Shown: piece by piece, positions 26,359 through 30,981 of the stretch
Numbering within the stretch: the first letter of the stretch is position 1
Layout: every line of letters starts with the position of its first letter
Source: Blastocatellia bacterium
Lineage (GTDB): Bacteria > Acidobacteriota > Blastocatellia > RBC074
DNA length: 30,981 bases
Assembly: GCA_049454155.1 (NCBI GenBank)
Contig: JBMUAP010000001.1
Span: 1 to 30,981 of the forward strand
Direction: 5' to 3'
The notes under the pieces: generated by a model
Told to the model about the DNA's origin: nothing
Databases searched by the model: none
What the model saw: only the letters and a program-made list of their open reading frames with translations
Program-made: the position numbers and the translations under genes

Positions 26359-28272
26359 TCAGCGTAAGGCGGGGCCCGGATAGCTCACTCCCAGCTTGGC
26401 TGGGTCGCCTTCGGCGAGTGTCTGGACCAGTTCTTCGTGGTAGTAGTCGACCTCCATCGCCACTTCGGGAGAGACCCGTTTGTCGTAGACCTGTCGGCTG
26501 CGGTCGATCTCTTCGGCCAGCCGTTCATAGAGGTCGAGGTTTCGCCTGCCCTCCTGAACTTTGGAGGTGTTGTAGAGTTTGATCTCCGAGACGAGCAGTC
26601 GCGCAAATCGACGCGCATCATTATGAGCGCGCTGTACCGTCTCGTCCTGCGCAAGAGAGGAAGCCACCAAGGGCTCCGCCGATGGGCGGTTGACGGCTGG
26701 GGCAGGTTCCAGACTTGGGCTTCTTCCGCGATTCCAGGAACCCGTTTCATCACGAGACGGCTCCTCGGTTCGCGCAAACGGGAAGTGGACGCGAACCTCC
26801 TCCTCGCTCTTCTCCTCCTCTGCCGGTTCGTCAGAGAGGAATGGAATCTCTCCTGCGGGAATCTCGCGTGTAATCCGTCCCATCTCTGGGCTCATGGAGA
26901 AGGGGGAAGGCGATGTCTCACCTCTCGCTGCCAACTCTTTCTCGGCTGCTGCTTCCGCTGTCTCTTCGTCTGGCTTGGCCTCGATGTCGCGCTCTGCCTC
27001 GTCATTCCGGTCGGAGGGCTCGATTGTCGACGGGGCTTCCGCCATCCACGCGGGTGTTCCTTCGGAAAGCACGGATGAGAGATCTTCTCTCTTCTCCGAA
27101 ACTGCGGGACTCAGTGCCGTGGCGACCGGCGACGCTTCGGCTTCCGTGATCGCCGCTGGCGCCATCTCGACGCTGTCGGGCGTCGGGGGCGGGGCCGCCA
27201 TCGCTGCCGGTCTCGCGGGGATCTCCTCGATTCGGCTGGGTTCTGCTGGTAATCGCTCCGGTGGGGCAGGGAGTGATGATTTGGGCGCTGCGGGAACCAA
27301 CTGCTTCCGGATCGAGAGCAGCTCGATTACCAGTGATGTCACTCGCAGGAGGAGTTCGATCGCGCCTTGGTCGATTCGTTCCTCTTCCTGCGGAGTGGGG
27401 GCATCAACGTAGAGGACTGCGACCGCTTTCTCGCGCACAACCAGAGGGATCGCTACTGCCTGTGTCGGAAGGGGCGAGGCATAGGAGCCGAGGACCAGCT
27501 CGATTTGATCCGCAGTCGGATGGCTCAAGGCGAAGACCCGTTGCGTTCGCAGCGCTTCTCCGAGGATGGATTCGGTCTCGATTCCACCCCTCAGACTCGT
27601 CACCGTACTATCCGTCAGCCCATTCTCAAATCCACGCACCCGCCAACCAATGACATGGCCTGCCCGGACAACAAAGAAGATGGAGCGCGGCGCATAACGA
27701 GTCACCTGATCAATCAATTGAAGCAGTGCCTCCTGCTGGCTGCTCTGCAGAGAGATCGATTCGATGGCTCTCTGGATGGCGTCGAGTTCGACCCTTTGGC
27801 TCTCTCCCCGCTCCGCTTTCTTTGCCAGGTCAGCCTGTCCGGAGCCTTCTTCCAGCGACCGCAGGGTCCGACCAAGAACCTCCCGGCTACTCTTCAGCCT
27901 CTCCTCTGTTTCCACGAGACGAGCCTGAGCGGCTTTTCTCTCTTGTTCGACCGCGGCCTCGACCGCTGCCCCCAACTCCGTACGATGCGCCTGCACCTGC
28001 TCCTCGCGTGCGCTCGTGATTGCCCCCTCCATCGCCCGCCAAGCCTCGTCCATCTCTTGCCATACTGGTTGGCTGGCACGCTCAATCCGTTCCTCTAATC
28101 CTTGGAGCAGGGACTGAAATTGCTGCATTTCTTTTCGCAGCGGCTCTAGTCGCGCGACCATCAGTGCTTCCATCCTCTGGTCAAGATCGCTGCGGACTTG
28201 TCGCCACCATTCACCAGGATTTGTCACTTCGCTTCGATTGCTCTCCACGTTCACGATCCTTTCGTCCTTCAC
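26359..28272 (-). CDS. Cytoplasmic coiled-coil + GAF + acidic Pro-rich linker + conserved helical C-terminal domain protein
   Basis: Heptad-rich N-terminus; GAF-like core (AVAIPLVVREKAVAVLYVD); low-complexity E/P/A linker; C-terminal DARRFARLLVSEIKLYN...EEIDRSRQVYDKRVSPE; SD GGAGGG before GTG. Confidence 0.8.
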   Translation of the reverse strand: MKDERIVNVESNRSEVTNPGEWWRQVRSDLDQRMEALMVARLEPLRKEMQQFQSLLQGLEERIERASQPVWQEMDEAWRAMEGAITSAREEQVQAHRTELGAAVEAAVEQERKAAQARLVETEERLKSSREVLGRTLRSLEEGSGQADLAKKAERGESQRVELDAIQRAIESISLQSSQQEALLQLIDQVTRYAPRSIFFVVRAGHVIGWRVRGFENGLTDSTVTSLRGGIETESILGEALRTQRVFALSHPTADQIELVLGSYASPLPTQAVAIPLVVREKAVAVLYVDAPTPQEEERIDQGAIELLLRVTSLVIELLSIRKQLVPAAPKSSLPAPPERLPAEPSRIEEIPARPAAMAAPPPTPDSVEMAPAAITEAEASPVATALSPAVSEKREDLSSVLSEGTPAWMAEAPSTIEPSDRNDEAERDIEAKPDEETAEAAAEKELAARGETSPSPFSMSPEMGRITREIPAGEIPFLSDEPAEEEKSEEEVRVHFPFARTEEPSRDETGSWNRGRSPSLEPAPAVNRPSAEPLVASSLAQDETVQRAHNDARRFARLLVSEIKLYNTSKVQEGRRNLDLYERLAEEIDRSRQVYDKRVSPEVAMEVDYYHEELVQTLAEGDPAKLGVSYPGPALR

Positions 28273-28791
28273 CTCTTCCCTCCGGTCCGGCTATTTCGCA
28301 GCGCAACATCCCACCGACCAACTTACCCCCCCCTCATCACCCTTGCTTTGTACCAAGTGGTGGTGATCAGATTTTGGTAAGCGGGCTTGGCAAGGGGACA
28401 AGGATGAATGTCCTTTCACTCAGAAAGACCCGGTGATCCTTGCATCACGCTTCTACCCTCTGGGATTGGGGCCTCGGGGCTTCTCAAGGGGCGGGAATCG
28501 CCAAATCCAACGGCTACCTTCTTTTGGACAGTACATGGGCGACAGAGAGACAAGGTTCAAACTGATCAGCCTCTATTTTCCTGACCCATACTGCCTTCAC
28601 CCCTTCCGCTGTCTGTCGGCTTGACGCAGACCCGATCCAACACGGGCGCCCTCTCTTTTCCTTCTTTTGCTGGTCACGGGCCGATCAAGAAAATAAGCCC
28701 ATTGTTCAGCCAGCGAGCCTGATGGCTCAAGTCTCAATGTTTGGAAAGGATTCCAGTTCCAACGGCTTCCTGTTTCAATATACCTCTTGAT

Positions 28792-28820
28792 ATTATTGAC
28801 CCAGTTGGTGGGCTTGTCAA
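28792..28820 (-). promoter_or_regulatory. Candidate sigma70-type promoter facing the GAF gene
   Basis: Minus strand TTGACA (28820-28815) - 17 nt - AATAAT (28797-28792) in an AT-rich patch. Confidence 0.45.
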
Positions 28821-28923
28821 TTTCTCTTCCTTCTTGCCATGCCTCGCCTCCAGGCACAGGCCTTGGACCAGGTCGTCGGGTGGCGCAATTCTGTTTCGTT
28901 TTTGTCGACCACCCGTTTTGAGC

Positions 28924-28951
28924 TTGATTTCAAGTCCAATCTCCTTATAAT
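28924..28951 (+). promoter_or_regulatory. Candidate sigma70-type promoter facing the long non-coding segment
   Basis: TTGATT (28924-28929) - 16 nt - TATAAT (28946-28951); palindrome CTTGA-TT-TCAAG overlaps the -35. Confidence 0.5.
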
Positions 28952-30091
28952 GCATTCGTGCTCCTCATCTGAAATTCACTGTCCGTGGAAAGAGTCTCTT
29001 CCCGGATCTGCATTTCAGGATAGATCGTGTCAACTGTCAGACGTGATTAGACAGTTTACGCCGAAGATCTGGCGGCTACAGTTTGACGCAGTTGGTCATC
29101 GACTGGACTGGATTCGAAGAGAATGGTGGTAGCGCTCTTGCTTTCCATCATTCGGTCGTGTCGAATGTCACGACCCCTACAAGATCTGGTCGAACCAAAC
29201 GTCAGCTCCTTACCCCCACTCCCAGATCAGTAGCAGTGTGCCCACTGAGTGCTGCTCATTCCGTGCTCTATCAATCGGCTATATTCTCCCGACCGGCGTG
29301 GTTGGCCAGTTCTTCTGGAACAATCGGAGTTGATTGCTGATCAATTCCGAATCCGTTCGGAGTAGCCGAGGGGTCGGCAGGGTCTATCCCCCGGATCCAT
29401 TGTTCTCGATTCAGTTAGGGTGCCAAGTGGGCCTCTCTCTTGTCAGGTCTCAAGGTCTCTTTTGGGGGGAACATGAACGTTCTTTTCTCTGGCGATCTGT
29501 CATGAGCGCGATGATCTCCTGGCGGAAGAGGTATCTACCTGGAGAGCGTTCTGGCGAATCGAGGCAGGTGTCTGCCCATCACCTCCCTTGTTTAGCGGGG
29601 GAAGTGGGCTCGCCACCCTTGATGGGTAGAAACAGTTCTGCGCAGCGGAGGGCTCTCTGGGGGATAGGCTCACCCGTCCCCTTGGAGAAGAATGCTGATC
29701 CATCCACTGCGCAAATGACTGCTTGAAAAAAGATCAGAAATTTTTTCAGGCTCAGACAAACTTCCTGAAGTCGGATCGTCTATAGCAGTGCAGGGCAGAA
29801 GAGAAGCGGAATGCTCACCCATCCCTCTTCAGTGCCGATGCACCGCAAGCGAATCGACCTTCAGTTACTCGATTGAATGACCCCGATTCCAATAGCGGCC
29901 CTGTAACAAAAACGTCAAGCCGGGTACCTCCTCAAGATACAATCCGGTACAGGCCTTGACGAATGACTACGAAGAACAAACAGGCCCCGACTTTGCCTCT
30001 CGATGCGTCAATCATCGCATTGGTGGGTAGGTCGATCCATACCTTACTGACGGGTTGCCTTCGAGATCCGATCGGGAGAGGAAGGACACAC

Positions 30092-30787
30092 ATGGAGACT
30101 CTTACTATGCACACGCAATATCATGAAGAGTATGTTTCTGAAGGCTATCTGGAGAGCCAATCAGAGGTCAGTCCGGTTCAGGAGTTGACTCGATTGGCGC
30201 TTGGCGCCGCGGCGGGGAACAACCAATCCTTTCAGACGCTGATCAATCATCCGACCTACCTCGCGAGTCTGATGCGGGCCTGCAAATGGATGTGCCGGCA
30301 CTCCGCGATCGAAGCCGATGAATTGATGTCTGAGTTCTTTCTGCGGTTGCCTGCCAAAATTCGTAAGTTCAATAACCGGCAAGGGGCATCGATTGTCAGT
30401 TGGTCAGGTGGAGTGTTGCGGCATCTTCACATCGATCTGTTGCGCCGGCAGTGGCGAGACACGGATCGGGTCGAGTATATGGATCTGGTCGCGATCGAGC
30501 ATGAGCGATCTGTCGATACGGCCGACAGCCGTCTTGCTCTTCAGCAGGCCTTCAGCCGTTTGACGGAGCGGGAGCGGCAGCTGATCGAGCTTCGCCGCAC
30601 CGAAGAGACCCTCGATGACATCGTCTGCAAGTTGGATGGATTGACAGATCCCCGAGATATCCAGAACCGACGTCCGAAGATTTCCAGGGAGTTGAAGGCG
30701 GTCGAGCAGAAGCTGCAGTTGGCGCTTTCAGCGGTGACTTCGGGTCGAATGCAAGGTCGCAAGTCCCCCCAGAAGGCCGACTATTGA
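30092..30787 (+). CDS. ECF-like sigma-70 family factor (atypical, no adjacent anti-sigma visible)
   Basis: [45 protein letters not shown] (sigma2); [19 protein letters not shown] (sigma4); SD GAGGAAGG before ATG 30092 (ORF track starts at 29963). Confidence 0.8.
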   Translation: METLTMHTQYHEEYVSEGYLESQSEVSPVQELTRLALGAAAGNNQSFQTLINHPTYLASLMRACKWMCRHSAIEADELMSEFFLRLPAKIRKFNNRQGASIVSWSGGVLRHLHIDLLRRQWRDTDRVEYMDLVAIEHERSVDTADSRLALQQAFSRLTERERQLIELRRTEETLDDIVCKLDGLTDPRDIQNRRPKISRELKAVEQKLQLALSAVTSGRMQGRKSPQKADY

Positions 30788-30981
30788 GGTCGAACCCCCT
30801 CTCGTTGCTGGCTGCCCCGTCCAGCACGAGGTGTGGACCTGCCCGCTTGTCAGAACCCAAATGCCGGGATACTGGGCGGTTATGCACGTGCTTTGTTGAA
30901 GTTCTACGACCCCCTACTCGTTTTCTGTTTGCCATCCACCTTTCATTTTGATCGAATCCACCACGGTCTGCCTAAACTTCC

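Noticed and set aside
4190-27653. Many long opposite-strand or alternate-frame ORFs (e.g. 5960-6712 +, 8715-9326 +, 13298-14119 -, 17810-18844 +, 22812-24059 -, 26690-27412 +)
   Set aside because: They lie wholly over well-supported genes, have no recognisable motifs, and are typical shadow ORFs of GC-rich codon usage.
28734-28955. 73-aa minus-strand ORF with a GAGGAG SD
   Set aside because: No recognisable motif, and it runs through both candidate promoters. It cannot be supported without homology or Ribo-seq data.
29330-29344. FNR-like TTGAT...ATCAA
   Set aside because: The spacing is N5 rather than N4; it is better explained as part of an 11-bp RNA stem.
28273-30091. Known riboswitches or housekeeping RNAs (SAM-I, TPP, cobalamin, c-di-GMP, ydaO, tmRNA, RNase P, tRNA)
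   Set aside because: Only isolated partial words (e.g. GGTGCCAA, CGTCAGCT) were seen, without the required flanking conserved elements.
30801-30830. Hairpin after the second sigma gene as an intrinsic terminator
   Set aside because: There is a 10-bp bulged stem but no following U-tract.

Overview
GC-rich bacterial chromosomal window, probably Acidobacteriota (inferred from two VWFA-acidobacterial-type proteins, a VPS10/BNR protein and extended ECF-like sigma factors). It holds about 22 plausible genes, mostly for cell envelope, secretion and regulation: 3'-truncated pheA, sanA-like, ECF-like sigma plus double zinc-finger anti-sigma, VPS10/BNR protein, two VWA proteins, type IV pilin, M50 peptidase, FecR/DUF6600 protein, SAM methyltransferase, YfgM-like TPR protein, S9 peptidase, SpoIIM-family, CPBP-family, acpS, pgeF, TPR-TlpA, slt, a GAF protein and a second ECF-like sigma. 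I found no rRNA, tRNA, CRISPR or mobile element. The most notable observations are (1) a complete-looking Phe-codon attenuator upstream of pheA, (2) a coiled-coil/GAF protein ending in a domain resembling the myxobacterial polarity protein RomX (recalled from memory, needs checking), (3) an in-frame G15 tract, (4) about 1.8 kb of apparently non-coding DNA with divergent sigma70-like promoters and a hairpin-rich segment, and (5) atypical sigma/anti-sigma and CPBP proteins. All family calls come from motif recognition by eye; no database searches were run. Start codons were re-chosen from Shine-Dalgarno (SD) context where the ORF track looked over-extended.
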